In this document: piece after piece, positions 32,289-42,666 of the stretch
Numbering within the stretch: the stretch's first letter is position 1
Layout of the letters: every line of letters starts with the position of its first letter
Origin: Alphaproteobacteria bacterium
Lineage (GTDB): Bacteria; Pseudomonadota; Alphaproteobacteria; Bin95
Direction of reading: 5' to 3'
Length of the DNA: 64,000 nucleotides
NCBI GenBank assembly: GCA_965205265.1
Contig: CBDBGH010000003.1
Location: 384,001-448,000 of the forward strand
Notes under the pieces: generated by a model
Seen by the model: only the letters and a program-made list of their open reading frames with translations
Database searches by the model: none
What the model was told of the DNA's origin: nothing
Program-made: the position numbers and the translations under genes

Positions 32289-33368
32289 ATGATGTTGCAG
32301 GGGATGAAAATTGCGGCCGCGGCGGCCGTTGCAGGCGCGATTGCGCTCGGCGCGGGCGCTGCCGGAGCCGCCGACTACGGCAAGAAGGAATTCACGGTGG
32401 TCGGGACCTGGGGCTTCCTCGACCACTGGAAGGAGCGCGAGAGCAAGTTCTGGCAGGAAGTCATTCCGGAGGCGTCCGGCGGCGCGCTGACAGCCAATGC
32501 GAAGCCGTTGACGGAGCTCGGCCTTTCCGGCTTCGAGGTCATGCGGCTCCTGAAGCTCGGCACCTATGACGCCGTCCACGGCGTGACGACCTATGTTGCG
32601 CAGGACAGCCCGGCCATCGAGGGCACCGACCTTGCCGGCGTTATCCAGGACTTCGGCGACTACCGGACCGTCCTCGAAGCCTACACGCCCATTCTCGAGC
32701 GCGAATTCGCCGAGAAATACGACGCCAAGCTCCTGATGATGTATGCGTGGCCGAGCCAGCAGCTCTGGTGCAATCTCGGCGACAAGAGCATCACCCAGTT
32801 CTCGCTCGACGACCTCGAAGGCAAGAAGATCCGCGTCTATTCGACCACGCTCGGCGATTTCGTCGAGGGCGTCGGCGGCAGCGCGGTGACCATCGCCTTC
32901 GCTGAGGTCGTGCCGGCCCTGCAGAAGGGCGTCGCCGACTGCGGCCTGACCGGCACGCTGCCGGCCTACAACGCCAAGTGGTGGCAGGTGGTGACCCACA
33001 ATATCCGCATCCGGCTCGGCTACGCCTCCTCCTTCCTCGCCATGAACATGGACAGCTGGAACAGCCTCACCTCCGATGCGCAGAACCTCATCATGGAGAA
33101 GCTGAAGGTCCTGGAAGAGGAGATGTGGGCAGCGACGGCGGTAAACGACCAGCGCGGCATGGACTGCAACGCTTCCGGGCCGTGCGACCTCGGCGAGCCG
33201 GGCGGCATGACGCCGATCGAGGTGTCGGACGCCGACCGCGCAAAGCTCAAGCAGATCGTGTCCGACTTCGTGGTCAAGCGCTGGGCGCAACGCTGCGGTA
33301 CGCAGCAATGCGTCGATGAGTGGAACGAGACCATCGGCAAGATCGCAGGGATCGAAGCGAGCCTGTAA
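32289..33368 (+). CDS. TRAP transporter substrate-binding protein DctP
   Basis: Signal peptide, DLEGKKIR, AEVVPALQKGVAD. Confidence 0.92.
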   Translation: MMLQGMKIAAAAAVAGAIALGAGAAGAADYGKKEFTVVGTWGFLDHWKERESKFWQEVIPEASGGALTANAKPLTELGLSGFEVMRLLKLGTYDAVHGVTTYVAQDSPAIEGTDLAGVIQDFGDYRTVLEAYTPILEREFAEKYDAKLLMMYAWPSQQLWCNLGDKSITQFSLDDLEGKKIRVYSTTLGDFVEGVGGSAVTIAFAEVVPALQKGVADCGLTGTLPAYNAKWWQVVTHNIRIRLGYASSFLAMNMDSWNSLTSDAQNLIMEKLKVLEEEMWAATAVNDQRGMDCNASGPCDLGEPGGMTPIEVSDADRAKLKQIVSDFVVKRWAQRCGTQQCVDEWNETIGKIAGIEASL

Positions 33369-33373
33369 TCCGG

Positions 33374-33407
33374 CGGGGCGCCGCCGCCGCGCGGCGCCCC
33401 GTTTTTC
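33374..33407 (+). terminator. GC hairpin plus T-tract after dctP (terminator/attenuator)
   Basis: CGGGGCGCCGC...GCGGCGCCCCG followed by TTTTT. Confidence 0.6.
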
Positions 33408-33470
33408 CGGTTGAGACGCCCGCTCGACCACCGACTTGCGCCCGCCGGGATGCCGCGGGACGGAGGCGGC

Positions 33471-34076
33471 ATGTTGGAACGCATACATATTGCGCTCGAA
33501 TGGATTTCCCGCCGGGCGGTCTGGATCGGCGGCGCCGCCCTGCTGGTGGCGGCGGTCATGGTCACGCTCGACGTGCTCAGCCGCAAATTCCTCAATGTGA
33601 CCATGAGCGGCGCGGACGAAATCTCCGGCTATGTGTTCGCCGCCGGCACGACCTGGGCCTACAGCTATTGCCTGCTGCACCGGGCGAATATCCGCATCGA
33701 TGCGCTCTACAACTTCATGCCGCGGTGGCTCTGCGCCGTTCTGGACACGGTCGCGGTCGTCCTGCTGCTGATCTATAACGGCGTGCTCGCATACAGGGGC
33801 TACGGGGCGTTCGCCGAATCCTGGGCCAAGGACTCGGTGTCGATCACGACCCTCGCCACGCCGCAATGGATCCCGCAGCTGTTCTGGGCGTCGGGGCTGA
33901 TCTTCTTCGAGCTGGTCTTGGTGTTCGTCCTCCTCTACACGCTGGTCGGCCTCCTGCGCGGCGATCTCGACCTCGTCAAGCGCATCGCCGGCGTGCCGAG
34001 CGTCGCCGAGGAAATCGAGGCCGAAACCCACGGCATGAACCTCCGGACCCTCCAGACCGGCGCGCGGGAGGACTGA
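33471..34076 (+). CDS. TRAP small permease DctQ
   Basis: Four TM segments, DEISGY, NIRID, PQWIPQ. Confidence 0.9.
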   Translation: MLERIHIALEWISRRAVWIGGAALLVAAVMVTLDVLSRKFLNVTMSGADEISGYVFAAGTTWAYSYCLLHRANIRIDALYNFMPRWLCAVLDTVAVVLLLIYNGVLAYRGYGAFAESWAKDSVSITTLATPQWIPQLFWASGLIFFELVLVFVLLYTLVGLLRGDLDLVKRIAGVPSVAEEIEAETHGMNLRTLQTGARED

Positions 34077-34080
34077 CGCC

Positions 34081-35370
34081 ATGGTTGTGGGGATCCTCGT
34101 CGCGCTGATGCTGCTGGTGGTCGCCGCGGTGCCCGTGGCGGCCATTCTCGGCATTCTCTCCTTCGGCCTCGACTCGATGTATTTCGGCGGCCGGCTCACG
34201 CCCGCCATAGGCGAGTTCGTCTGGGACAAGAGCAAGGAGTTCATCCTGGTCGCGGTGCCGATGTTCATCCTGCTCGGCGAGATCATGCTCCGGGCCGGCA
34301 TCGCGGCGCGCATGTACAACGCCGTTGCGCAATGGCTGGTCTGGCTGCCGGGCGGGCTGATGCACGCCAATATCGGCTCCTGCGCCATCTTCGCGGCGTC
34401 ATCGGGTTCCTCGGTCGCCACCGCCGCGACCGTCGGCACCGTCGCCTATCCGCAAATCGAGCGCCGCGCCTACAATGAGCGCCTGTTCCTGGGCTCGCTG
34501 GCGGCGGGCGGCACGCTGGGCATCCTGATCCCGCCCTCGATCAACCTCATTCTCTACGGCCTGCTGACCGACAGTTCGGTGCCGGAGCTCTATCTTGCCG
34601 GCATCATTCCGGGGGTCATCCTCTCGACCCTGTTCATGGCCGCCATCGTGGTTGCCTGCCTCTGGCGGCGCGAGTGGGGCGGCGCGCGTATCGAGACCAA
34701 CTGGCGCGACCGTATCCGCACCCTGCCGGACCTCGTGCCGCCGATCCTGCTGTTCGTGGTGGTGGTGGGTTCGATCTATGCCGGACTGGCGACGCCGACC
34801 GAGGCCGCGTCGGTCGGCGTGTGCTTCGCGCTGATCCTCTCGGCATCGACCGGCACCCTCAAGCTCTCCATGCTGCGGGAAGCCTTCGAGGGCACCATGC
34901 GCACCACGGCGATGATCATGCTCATCATCCTGGCGGCGGTGTTCCTCAACTTCGTGCTGGGTTTCATCGGCGTGACGCAGGCGATGATCAACTTCATGGC
35001 GGAACTGGGCCTGACGCCGCTCGAATTCATGATCCTGCTGGTCATCTTCTACCTGATCCTCGGCATGTTCATGGAAACGCTGTCCATGATGCTGACCACC
35101 GTGCCGGTGATCTTCCCCATCGTGGTGCAGATGGGGTTCGACCCGGTCTGGTTCGGCGTGATGATTACCGTGCTGATGGAAACCGCGCTCATCACGCCGC
35201 CCATCGGCGTCAATCTCTATGTCGTCCACGGCATCCGCGCGCGCGGCGGCAAGTTCAACGATGTGGCTTACGGGTCGCTGCCCTTCGTGGTGTCGATGCT
35301 GGTCATGGTGGCGCTGCTGATCGCCTATGAGGACCTGGCGCTCTACCTGCCGACCCTGGTCTATCGCTGA
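34081..35370 (+). CDS. TRAP large permease DctM
   Basis: AVPMFIL, SGSSVAT, GGTLGILIPPS, ITPPIGVNL. Confidence 0.94.
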   Translation: MVVGILVALMLLVVAAVPVAAILGILSFGLDSMYFGGRLTPAIGEFVWDKSKEFILVAVPMFILLGEIMLRAGIAARMYNAVAQWLVWLPGGLMHANIGSCAIFAASSGSSVATAATVGTVAYPQIERRAYNERLFLGSLAAGGTLGILIPPSINLILYGLLTDSSVPELYLAGIIPGVILSTLFMAAIVVACLWRREWGGARIETNWRDRIRTLPDLVPPILLFVVVVGSIYAGLATPTEAASVGVCFALILSASTGTLKLSMLREAFEGTMRTTAMIMLIILAAVFLNFVLGFIGVTQAMINFMAELGLTPLEFMILLVIFYLILGMFMETLSMMLTTVPVIFPIVVQMGFDPVWFGVMITVLMETALITPPIGVNLYVVHGIRARGGKFNDVAYGSLPFVVSMLVMVALLIAYEDLALYLPTLVYR

Positions 35371-35471
35371 TCTCCTCTGCCGGGCCAGTGCCGTATCGGA
35401 TCGTATTGGATCGGCACGAAGGGATTGCAAAATGTTGTCGCCCCGGTCCTCTTCCCCTCATGCCCTCATAT

Positions 35472-35559
35472 CGTCATGCCCGGACTTGATCCGGGCATCC
35501 ATGCGGCCGCTCGGTGGAGGTGGTTGAGAGAGATGCCCGGAACAAGTCCGGGCATGACG
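35472..35559. repeat. Stand-alone REP doublet (REPIN-like), same family as inside the MITEs
   Basis: CGTCATGCCCGGACTTGATCCGGGCATC...GATGCCCGGAACAAGTCCGGGCATGACG with no TIRs. Confidence 0.85.
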
Positions 35560-35620
35560 GACGGGGGCGTTGGGGCATGACGGAGAAGGGCCGGGGTGAC
35601 GGTTTTGGGCTCGATCCCGA

Positions 35621-36970
35621 ATGCGGCGCAGTCTGAAAGAGTTCGGCTCTAATCCCGTGCTAGGCATCCGGCCGGCCCTGTCGCGCCGCATCTGGCGCAT
35701 GGCGGGGCCGATCGTCGTGTCCAATGTCTCGGTGCCGCTGATCGGCGCGGTCGATACCGCCGTGATGGGCCATCTCGATGCGGCCTGGTATATCGGCGCG
35801 GTCGCCATCGGCGCGATGATCTTCAACTTCCTGTTCCACCTGCTCAACTGCCTGCGCATGGGGACGACCGGGCCGACCGCCCGGGCCCGCGGGCGCGAGG
35901 ACTGGGGCGAGGTGCGCGCGATGCTCTGGCGCGCGCTGACGCTCGCCGGCGGGGCGGCGGCGCTCATCGTCCTGCTGCAGGGGCCCATTGCCGCGCTCGC
36001 CTTCGGGCTCGTCGAGGCGAGCGCGGAGGTCGAGGAGCACGCGCGCACCTATTTCTTCATCCGCGTGTGGACGGCGCCCGCCAACCTCGCGGTCTTCGCC
36101 ATCATCGGCTGGTTCTACGGGCTGGAGGACTCGCGCACGCCGCTCGTCCTCCAGGTCACCGTCAACGTCACCAACATGGTGCTCGATGTGGTCTTCGTCA
36201 TGGGCTTCGGCTGGGGCGTCGAGGGCGTCGCGTTCGCCACGCTCATCGGGGAGTATCTGGGCCTCGCCGTCGCCGTGCTCGCCGTGCGCCGGCGGCTGAA
36301 ACGCCTGCCTGCGGGGCGGGGGCCGGTGTTCGACCGGGCGCGGCTGCTGCGCCTCGTCGCGATCAACCGGGACATCACGATCAGGTCGCTCTGCGTCGTC
36401 TCCGCCAATGCGGTCTTCCTCGCCAAGAGCGCGGCGGCGGGCGACACGACGCTGGCAGCGAACCAGATCCTCGTGCATTTCGTCATCTTCGCCTCCTTCG
36501 CGCTCGACGGCGTCGCCCATGCGGGGGAGGCGCTGGTCGGCGATGCGGTCGGGCGGCGCCACGGCGCCGGGCTCCGGGAGGTGATCCGGGCCGTGCTTGC
36601 CTGGTCCGTCGGCGCGGCCGCGCTGCTCTCCGGCATTTTCCTGGCCGCCGGCGGCCTTCTCGTCGCCGTCATGACCTCGCTGCCGGAGGTGCGCGAAGCC
36701 GCCGCCGGCTGGATGCTGTGGGGCGCGCTGGCGCCGCTGGTCGCGGTCTGGGCCTATGCGTATGACGGCATCTATCTGGGCTTTTCGGCGACGCGCTGGA
36801 TGCTGCTCACCATGGCGGTCGCCTTCGCGGCCTATGTCGCGGCGCTGTTCCTGCTGCCGGGCCCGCTCGGCAATCACGGGCTCTGGATTGCGCTCTGGCT
36901 GTTCTACGGCCTGCGCGGCGCGGGCCTCGCGCTCGCCTATCCGAAGCTCAGGCGAACCTTCGCACTATGA
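35621..36970 (+). CDS. MATE family efflux transporter (DinF-like; start uncertain)
   Basis: SNVSVPLIGAVDTAVMGHL, LRMGTTG, LAANQIL, YDGIY. Confidence 0.92.
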   Translation: MRRSLKEFGSNPVLGIRPALSRRIWRMAGPIVVSNVSVPLIGAVDTAVMGHLDAAWYIGAVAIGAMIFNFLFHLLNCLRMGTTGPTARARGREDWGEVRAMLWRALTLAGGAAALIVLLQGPIAALAFGLVEASAEVEEHARTYFFIRVWTAPANLAVFAIIGWFYGLEDSRTPLVLQVTVNVTNMVLDVVFVMGFGWGVEGVAFATLIGEYLGLAVAVLAVRRRLKRLPAGRGPVFDRARLLRLVAINRDITIRSLCVVSANAVFLAKSAAAGDTTLAANQILVHFVIFASFALDGVAHAGEALVGDAVGRRHGAGLREVIRAVLAWSVGAAALLSGIFLAAGGLLVAVMTSLPEVREAAAGWMLWGALAPLVAVWAYAYDGIYLGFSATRWMLLTMAVAFAAYVAALFLLPGPLGNHGLWIALWLFYGLRGAGLALAYPKLRRTFAL

Positions 36971-37078
36971 CCCCGGCGGCCGCGCTGACGGAAGAAGGGC
37001 GGAGCGCCGGATTTTCCTGCAACAACACAATGGGGCAATTCTCCCCCGAAAAAGTGTACTGTCCTTGCATAGCCGATA

Positions 37079-37101
37079 GTAAGGAAATACGCTTTCCTTA
37101 C
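37079..37101. promoter_or_regulatory. TA operon operator palindrome
   Basis: Perfect inverted repeat GTAAGGAAA-N5-TTTCCTTAC 27 bp upstream of the antitoxin ATG. Confidence 0.75.
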
Positions 37102-37128
37102 CTCGCGTTCACCGCATGGAGCGCAGAC

Positions 37129-37353
37129 ATGCTCGCCAAGCTGACCTCCAAGAACCAGTTGACCCTGCCCAAGGCCGTCACCGCCGCCGTGGACGCCGCC
37201 GAATATTTCGATGTGACCGCCGAGAACGGGCGCATCGTGCTGACTCCGGTCCGCGTCAACCGCGCCGACGGCGTGCGCGCAAAGCTTGCCGAACTCGGGC
37301 TCTCGGAAGCCGACATAGCCGACGCGGTTGCCTGGGCCCGATCCGGGAAATGA
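37129..37353 (+). CDS. AbrB/MazE/SpoVT family antitoxin
   Basis: MLAKLTSKNQLTLPK...GRIVLTPV; ATGA overlap with the toxin start. Confidence 0.9.
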   Translation: MLAKLTSKNQLTLPKAVTAAVDAAEYFDVTAENGRIVLTPVRVNRADGVRAKLAELGLSEADIADAVAWARSGK

Positions 37354-37394
37354 CGCCGGTTCGCCCGGTTCTCGACACAAACGTATTTTGTTGA
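37350..37394 (+). pseudogene. 5' fragment of PIN toxin gene (MTPVRPVLDTNV) cut by the island
   Basis: ATG overlaps the antitoxin stop; VLDTNV motif then a stop; the gene continues at 57829. Confidence 0.88.
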
Positions 37395-37527
37395 ATCCTA
37401 CCGATATAACCTGTTGTATTGAAACAGAACTTTATTTTCATTGCCTTATCCGTAAGCGATCCGGAAGCGGATTGGATTGAATGTCTGCGCAGTCCGGCGC
37501 GGCGCTGTCGGCAGAAACAGCGGGTAA

Positions 37528-38684
37528 TACCAGCGGCTGAGGTTTGAGACTCATTGGGGGATTCCCAAGGAGAGGTGCTTCTGACTCAATGCCGGTTCTG
37601 CGATTGGAGGGTCGGTATGAGGGCAGGGGTCCGATTGAGGGACGATTTCGATGCGGCGCAGTTGCGCGGCCTGGCGCAGCGGAGCCGGGACAGCGCGCAG
37701 ACCCGTCGCCTGCTTGCGCTTGCGGTGATTTACGACGGTGATCGTCGTTCGGACGCGGCGCGCTTTGCGGGCGTGGGCTTGCAGATCATCCGGGACTGGG
37801 TTCTTCGCTTCAATGCGGACGGGCCGGCGGGCTTGAAGGACCGCAAGGCGTCGGGTCCGCCGCGCAAGCTGAGTGCGGAGCAACGCGCGGCGCTTGTGGA
37901 GAGCGGTCCGGATCCGGCGATCCACGGCGTGGTGCGCTGGCGGCGCTGTGAGGTGGCGGCATGGCTCAAGGAGCAGTTCGGCGTCTCCTTGGCGGAGACG
38001 ACGGTCGGGCGGGAGTTGCGCCGGATGGGCTATGCCAAGCTCTCCGCGCGCCCGCGCCACTATGCCCAGGACGAGGCCGCGCTGGCAGCGTTCAAAAAAA
38101 GTTCCCGGACCGCCTGAGGGAGATACGCGCCAGGCTGGACGACGGCGTCGAGGTCGAAATCTGGTGGCAGGACGAAGCCCGCGTCGGCCAGAAGAACAAG
38201 ATCACCCGGCGCTGGGCGAAACGCGGCACAAGACCGTCAGCGCCCAAGGACCAGAGAACGACCTCCGCCTATATCTTCGGCGCCATCTGTCCCAACAAGG
38301 GCAAGGCCGCCGGCCTCGTCATGCCCTACGCCAACACACACGCGCTCAACGCTCATCTCGCCGAAATCAGTCGCATCGTCGAACCCGACGCCCATGCCGT
38401 CGTCATGCTCGACCGGGCCGGATGGCATACCTCCTCCTCTCTCAAAGTGCCCGGCAATATCTCGCTCATGCCGCTCCCACCCCGGGCGCCCGAACTCAAC
38501 CCGGTCGAGAACGTCTGGCAGTTCATGCGCGACAACTGGCTCTCCAACCGCGTCTTCAAAAGCTACGACGACATCCTCGATCACTGCTGCCACGCCTGGA
38601 ACAATCTTGTCTCACAACCGGCGCGCATTGCCTCCATCGGAACCCGAAAATGGGCCGATGGGTTCTAAACTATGCCCGCTGGTA
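37528..38684 (+). mobile_element. IS630 family element; transposase 37617-38668 via -1 frameshift at A7G (38094-38101)
   Basis: TA-CCAGCGG...CCGCTGG-TA ends; HTH orfA; orfB with WWQDEAR, LDRAGWH, PELNPVENVW. Confidence 0.92.
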
Positions 38685-38764
38685 TAACCCTTCGTATCCT
38701 GGGGGATGAGGAGACAGTTATCCGTCCCTTGGCATGTGCACACCCGTCCGAACGCGCCCGGATT

Positions 38765-39061
38765 CGATTCGACCGATTGAGGGTGCGCCGCCAATCTTTT
38801 CGGAGGGATCGGAGCCAGATGTCCTTTTTCGGCTGGGCTCGTTTGGTATGCCGGTCGTATCGCCCGCGCCCCCTGGGTGGCGCCGACGCGGGTTCAGCCC
38901 GACGCCTTGTGGACGGTGCCGGTGTAGCGCGGGGTCTCGACGAAGGTCTCGATGAGCACGGGGGTGATGTTGTAGCGCGCGGTCCAGCCCTCTGGCAGGC
39001 GTCGGCGCACGATGGCGAGGATGTGCGAGCCGAGGTTCGGGATCCGGACCCAAGGCAGGAT
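38765..39061 (-). pseudogene. C-terminal fragment of DUF4338 (DruA-like) domain gene
   Basis: ILPWVRIPNLGSHILAIVRRRLPEGWTARYNITPVLIETFVE..KASG*, then a frameshift before GRGRYDRH..PKKDIWL. Confidence 0.75.
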
Positions 39062-39088
39062 TCGAACCTGCGACCTTCAGGTTATGAG
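39054..39088 (-). other. 3' half of tRNA-Met(CAT), att-site remnant
   Basis: Minus strand CTCATAACCTGAAGGTCGCAGGTTCGAATCCTGCC: anticodon loop to T-arm, no 5' half. Confidence 0.85.
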
Positions 39089-39277
39089 TTTGGTCCCGTT
39101 CTGCGTCTCTCACAAGCTGACGTAAGCTGAAGGATGACAAACGCCTTGTTGGCAGGCATTTCCGGGTTCCCATCATACGCATGCGCCGCCTGAGGTAAGC
39201 TGCGATACGATGCAAAATGTTTGCCAATAGTTTGCCAGTCTGCTAGAACATCCTTCCGGCGTCAAGGATCTTCGGCC

Positions 39278-40588
39278 ATGGCAAACCGCATCCCCAAACT
39301 CACCAAGCGCGCCGTCGAGGCCCTCAGGGCCAACGGCGCCGACACCGTCCACTGGGACGGCGAACTGACCGGCTTCGGTATCCGGGTCCGCAAGTCGGGC
39401 CGGAAGAACTATGTCCTCCAGACACGGGTGCGCGGCAGGCTACGCTGGTTCACCATCGGCCAGCACGGGCGCGTCACCCTGGACGAGGCCAGGGCGGCGG
39501 CGCTGGAGATCCTGGCCCAGACGAAACAGGGCATCGATCCGCGCGAGGCGGAGGCGAAGCGGAAAGCCGAGCCGGTCATGACCGATCTCGGCAGGCGCTT
39601 CCTCGAAGAGTATGTCCGCACCCACTGCAAGCCCAGCACCCAGGGGGAGTACCGCCGGTCGGTGGAACTCTTCATCGACCCCGCGCTCGGCAGGATGAGG
39701 ATATCGGAGGTGGAGCGCAAGGACATCGCCAGGCTGCATTTCGACCTGCGCGACAAGCCCTACCAGGCGAACCGCACGCTGGGCGTGCTCTCGAAGATGT
39801 TCTCGCTCGCCGAGGTCTGGGGATGGCGGCCGGACGGCTCCAATCCCTGCCGTCACGTCAAGCGCTACAAGGAGAACAAGCGCGAGCGGTTCCTCTCGGA
39901 GGCGGAGACCGAACGGCTGGGCGAGGTTCTCCGCGAGGCCGAGGGCGAGATGCCCTCGGCGGTCGCCGCCTTCCGCCTGCTGCTGCTGACCGGCTGCCGG
40001 CTTTCGGAGATCCAGTTCCTGCGCTGGGAGCATGTCAGGGACGACTGCATCGAGCTGCCCGACGCCAAGACCGGCGGGCGGGTGGTGCCGCTCGGACCCG
40101 AGGCCCGCGCCGTGCTGGCGACCCTGCCCCGCGAGGACGGCAACCACTGGGTCATCGCCGGCAAGCTGCCGGACTCCCACATCACCGACCTGCAGAAGCC
40201 CTGGCGGCGCATCCGCGAGCGCGCCGGGCTGGAGGATGTGCGCATCCACGACTTGCGCCACAGCTTCGCCTCGCGCGCCCTGGCGCTGGGCGAGAGCCTG
40301 ACGATGATCGGGAAGCTGCTCGGCCATACGCAGGTGCAGACCACCGCGCGCTACGCGCATCTGGCGCGGGACTCGATCCGGAACGCCGCGGCCCGGATCA
40401 CCGGGAGCATCGGCGGCAATCTGTCCGGAGAGACGCCGGTATTCCGGCCGGCCGCCGCGCCCGAAACGGACCCAGGCGGAGACAGCATCGGGAAGACCGG
40501 CAGCACCGTTTCCGGGCACAGCGCTTCGCCGCCGGCAATCCGGCCGGCCGGCGGCGTCGAGGGAACCGTTCCCGGTCGAACGGAATAG
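39278..40588 (+). CDS. Tyrosine integrase with Arm DNA-binding domain (Int1)
   Basis: WDGELTGFGIRV arm motif; TGCR, KTG, HDLRH, LLGH, TTARY all present. Confidence 0.95.
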   Translation: MANRIPKLTKRAVEALRANGADTVHWDGELTGFGIRVRKSGRKNYVLQTRVRGRLRWFTIGQHGRVTLDEARAAALEILAQTKQGIDPREAEAKRKAEPVMTDLGRRFLEEYVRTHCKPSTQGEYRRSVELFIDPALGRMRISEVERKDIARLHFDLRDKPYQANRTLGVLSKMFSLAEVWGWRPDGSNPCRHVKRYKENKRERFLSEAETERLGEVLREAEGEMPSAVAAFRLLLLTGCRLSEIQFLRWEHVRDDCIELPDAKTGGRVVPLGPEARAVLATLPREDGNHWVIAGKLPDSHITDLQKPWRRIRERAGLEDVRIHDLRHSFASRALALGESLTMIGKLLGHTQVQTTARYAHLARDSIRNAAARITGSIGGNLSGETPVFRPAAAPETDPGGDSIGKTGSTVSGHSASPPAIRPAGGVEGTVPGRTE

Positions 40589-40666
40589 CCGGTCGGCGTA
40601 GGGTGTGGTCATGATGATCGCCGTTCCTGTCCCGGATCGCAGGCGGGCTGCCCGGGGTCCCGCCCG

Positions 40667-41644
40667 GTGAGCCTTCCCGCGACGCCGCACGACGCGCTGT
40701 TCCGGGCGCTGGTCTCCGACCCCGCCCGCGCCGGCGCGCTGCTCGCGGACTACCTGCCGCGGGAGGTCGCCGACCTGCTCGATCCCGACTCCCCGCCGGA
40801 GGCGGTGGAGGGCAGCTTCGTCGATGAGGACGCCGCAAGAACCCAGTGCGACGCCCTCTTCAGGGTCAGGCTCAAGACCGGCGAGGATGCCTTCATATTC
40901 GCGCTCCTGGAGCACAAGAGCTACATCGACGCCGCCACGCCGCTTCAGATCCTGAAATACCTCGCCAGCATCTGGCTCCGCGAGATCGAGGGCGGCGGCG
41001 CCAGGGACAGGCTGCCGGCGATCGTCCCGCTTGTCTTCTACCACGGCCCGGGCACGTGGACCGTGCCGCGCTCGGTGGCGGCGATGATCGACGCGCCCGA
41101 GGAACTGGAGCCGTTCGCCCGGGAGTTCGCCTATGTGCTGCACGACCTGGGCCGGATCGAGCCGCTGCACCTGTCGCGGACGCCGGAGGTCAGGGCCGGC
41201 TTGCTGGCGCTCCGGGTGGTCCATGCCGCGGACATTCCGGCCGACCTTCTCGACCTGATGACCGGCGGACCGATTGACGGGAGCGCGTTCGAGCGGCACA
41301 TTGTGCGCTACATCGCCGAGCGCATGAACCTGACGCCCGTGATGCTGGAGGCGTCGCTGCGCCGGACGAAGCCGGACCGATGGGAGGCGCTGATGGGAAC
41401 CGTCGCCGAAGCCTGGATCGAACAGGGCCGGAGCGAAGGACGGGCGGAAGGACGGGCGGAAGGACGCACCGAGGGCCAGGCCGGGGTCGTTCTGCGCCAG
41501 CTGGAGCTGCGCTTCGGGACTGTGCCCGAGGCGGTGCGCGAGCGGGTTCGCGGCGCGTCGGCCTCCGAACTGGAAGCCTGGGCCGAGGCGGTGCTGACGG
41601 CGGCGAGCCTCGACGAAGCGATGGCCGTCCCGCCCAGCCGCTAA
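40667..41644 (+). CDS. Rpn family (YhgA-like) PD-(D/E)XK nuclease
   Basis: PHDALFR, GSFVDE, LLEHKS, IVPLVFYHG, EGRAEGRAEG repeats, RQLELRFG C-domain. Confidence 0.92.
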   Translation: MSLPATPHDALFRALVSDPARAGALLADYLPREVADLLDPDSPPEAVEGSFVDEDAARTQCDALFRVRLKTGEDAFIFALLEHKSYIDAATPLQILKYLASIWLREIEGGGARDRLPAIVPLVFYHGPGTWTVPRSVAAMIDAPEELEPFAREFAYVLHDLGRIEPLHLSRTPEVRAGLLALRVVHAADIPADLLDLMTGGPIDGSAFERHIVRYIAERMNLTPVMLEASLRRTKPDRWEALMGTVAEAWIEQGRSEGRAEGRAEGRTEGQAGVVLRQLELRFGTVPEAVRERVRGASASELEAWAEAVLTAASLDEAMAVPPSR

Positions 41645-42234
41645 GCCCGCCGGAACAGGACATCGACAGAAAACCGGTCTGGCGCCGGACGGGGTCGCTT
41701 GCCCCCCATGGATCCCGATGAAGGCACGATCGTCGGGGAAACGATGCCGGTCCTTCCCGCCCGCCCCCACGCCGCCGTCGATCACGCGACCGGCAGTCCG
41801 AAAAGGCGAGGTCGTCTCACCTGCCGACGATCGGCAAACCCCCGGTCACACGCAGGTGCAGAGGAACGTGCGCCATGCTCACCTTGAGCGGGATCCGGTG
41901 AAGGTTGCCGCCGCGAGGACCGCGGACAGCCTCGCAGCCGACAGGAATACCCCGCCGGACATTTCCATCGCAGCCTGATCCACGCGGCGCCGACGCGGAC
42001 CGTCAGGACGCCGCATTCCCCAGGCGCCGGCGCACGCGTCCGGTCTCGTCTTCCCTTGCCATCCCGAGCCGACCTTCCGGGTCCCGCGTGCCGCGCCGCC
42101 GGCCTACCGCCGTCTCCATGTCCGCGCCTCGCGCCACCGGGAGGAGAGCCTGGCCGTGAGTGGGGCGGCGGTCGGGGGTCCGGGAGAGGGCGTCCGGCCG
42201 CTGTTTCCCCCCACGGCATGATGGAGACGGCACC

Positions 42235-42558
42235 ATGACGGCAGCCATGGCATTCCCCCGCAACACGGCGAACACCTTCCTGACGCATTTCTTCGGCAGC
42301 GGGCTTTCCGACGACCGCTACGCCGTGGAGCGCTTCCGCGCGATGGTGGACGGCGACATTCGCCGCTGCCCGGACCCGGCGCCCGGCAAGGGCCGGCGCA
42401 AGGCGGGCCATGCCACCGCGACCCTGAAGGCGGTGAAGGAGATGCGCCCCGAGCGCAACGAGATCATCGTCTGCACCGGCCTCGGCAGCCGGGGCGGGGT
42501 CCAGTACTGGGGCGTCTACGCCATGGGGCTCGGTATCGACCGCCGCCAGAAGGGCTGA
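42235..42558 (+). CDS. Hypothetical protein
   Basis: GGAGA RBS, GC3-rich codon usage, 107 aa. Confidence 0.55.
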   Translation: MTAAMAFPRNTANTFLTHFFGSGLSDDRYAVERFRAMVDGDIRRCPDPAPGKGRRKAGHATATLKAVKEMRPERNEIIVCTGLGSRGGVQYWGVYAMGLGIDRRQKG

Positions 42559-42666
42559 CCACCCGCTTCCCGGACGTCCTGCCGGCCCGGCGTCCCCGGC
42601 TCGGGGGCCGGGCCAGGCGGCGGGGCGTCCGCCTTTCCCCTTGTCCCACGAACCGAGGAGGACGGC

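Noticed and set aside
39054-39088. Functional tRNA-Met gene
   Set aside because: The 5' acceptor strand, D-arm and CCA end are absent, so it is an att remnant only.
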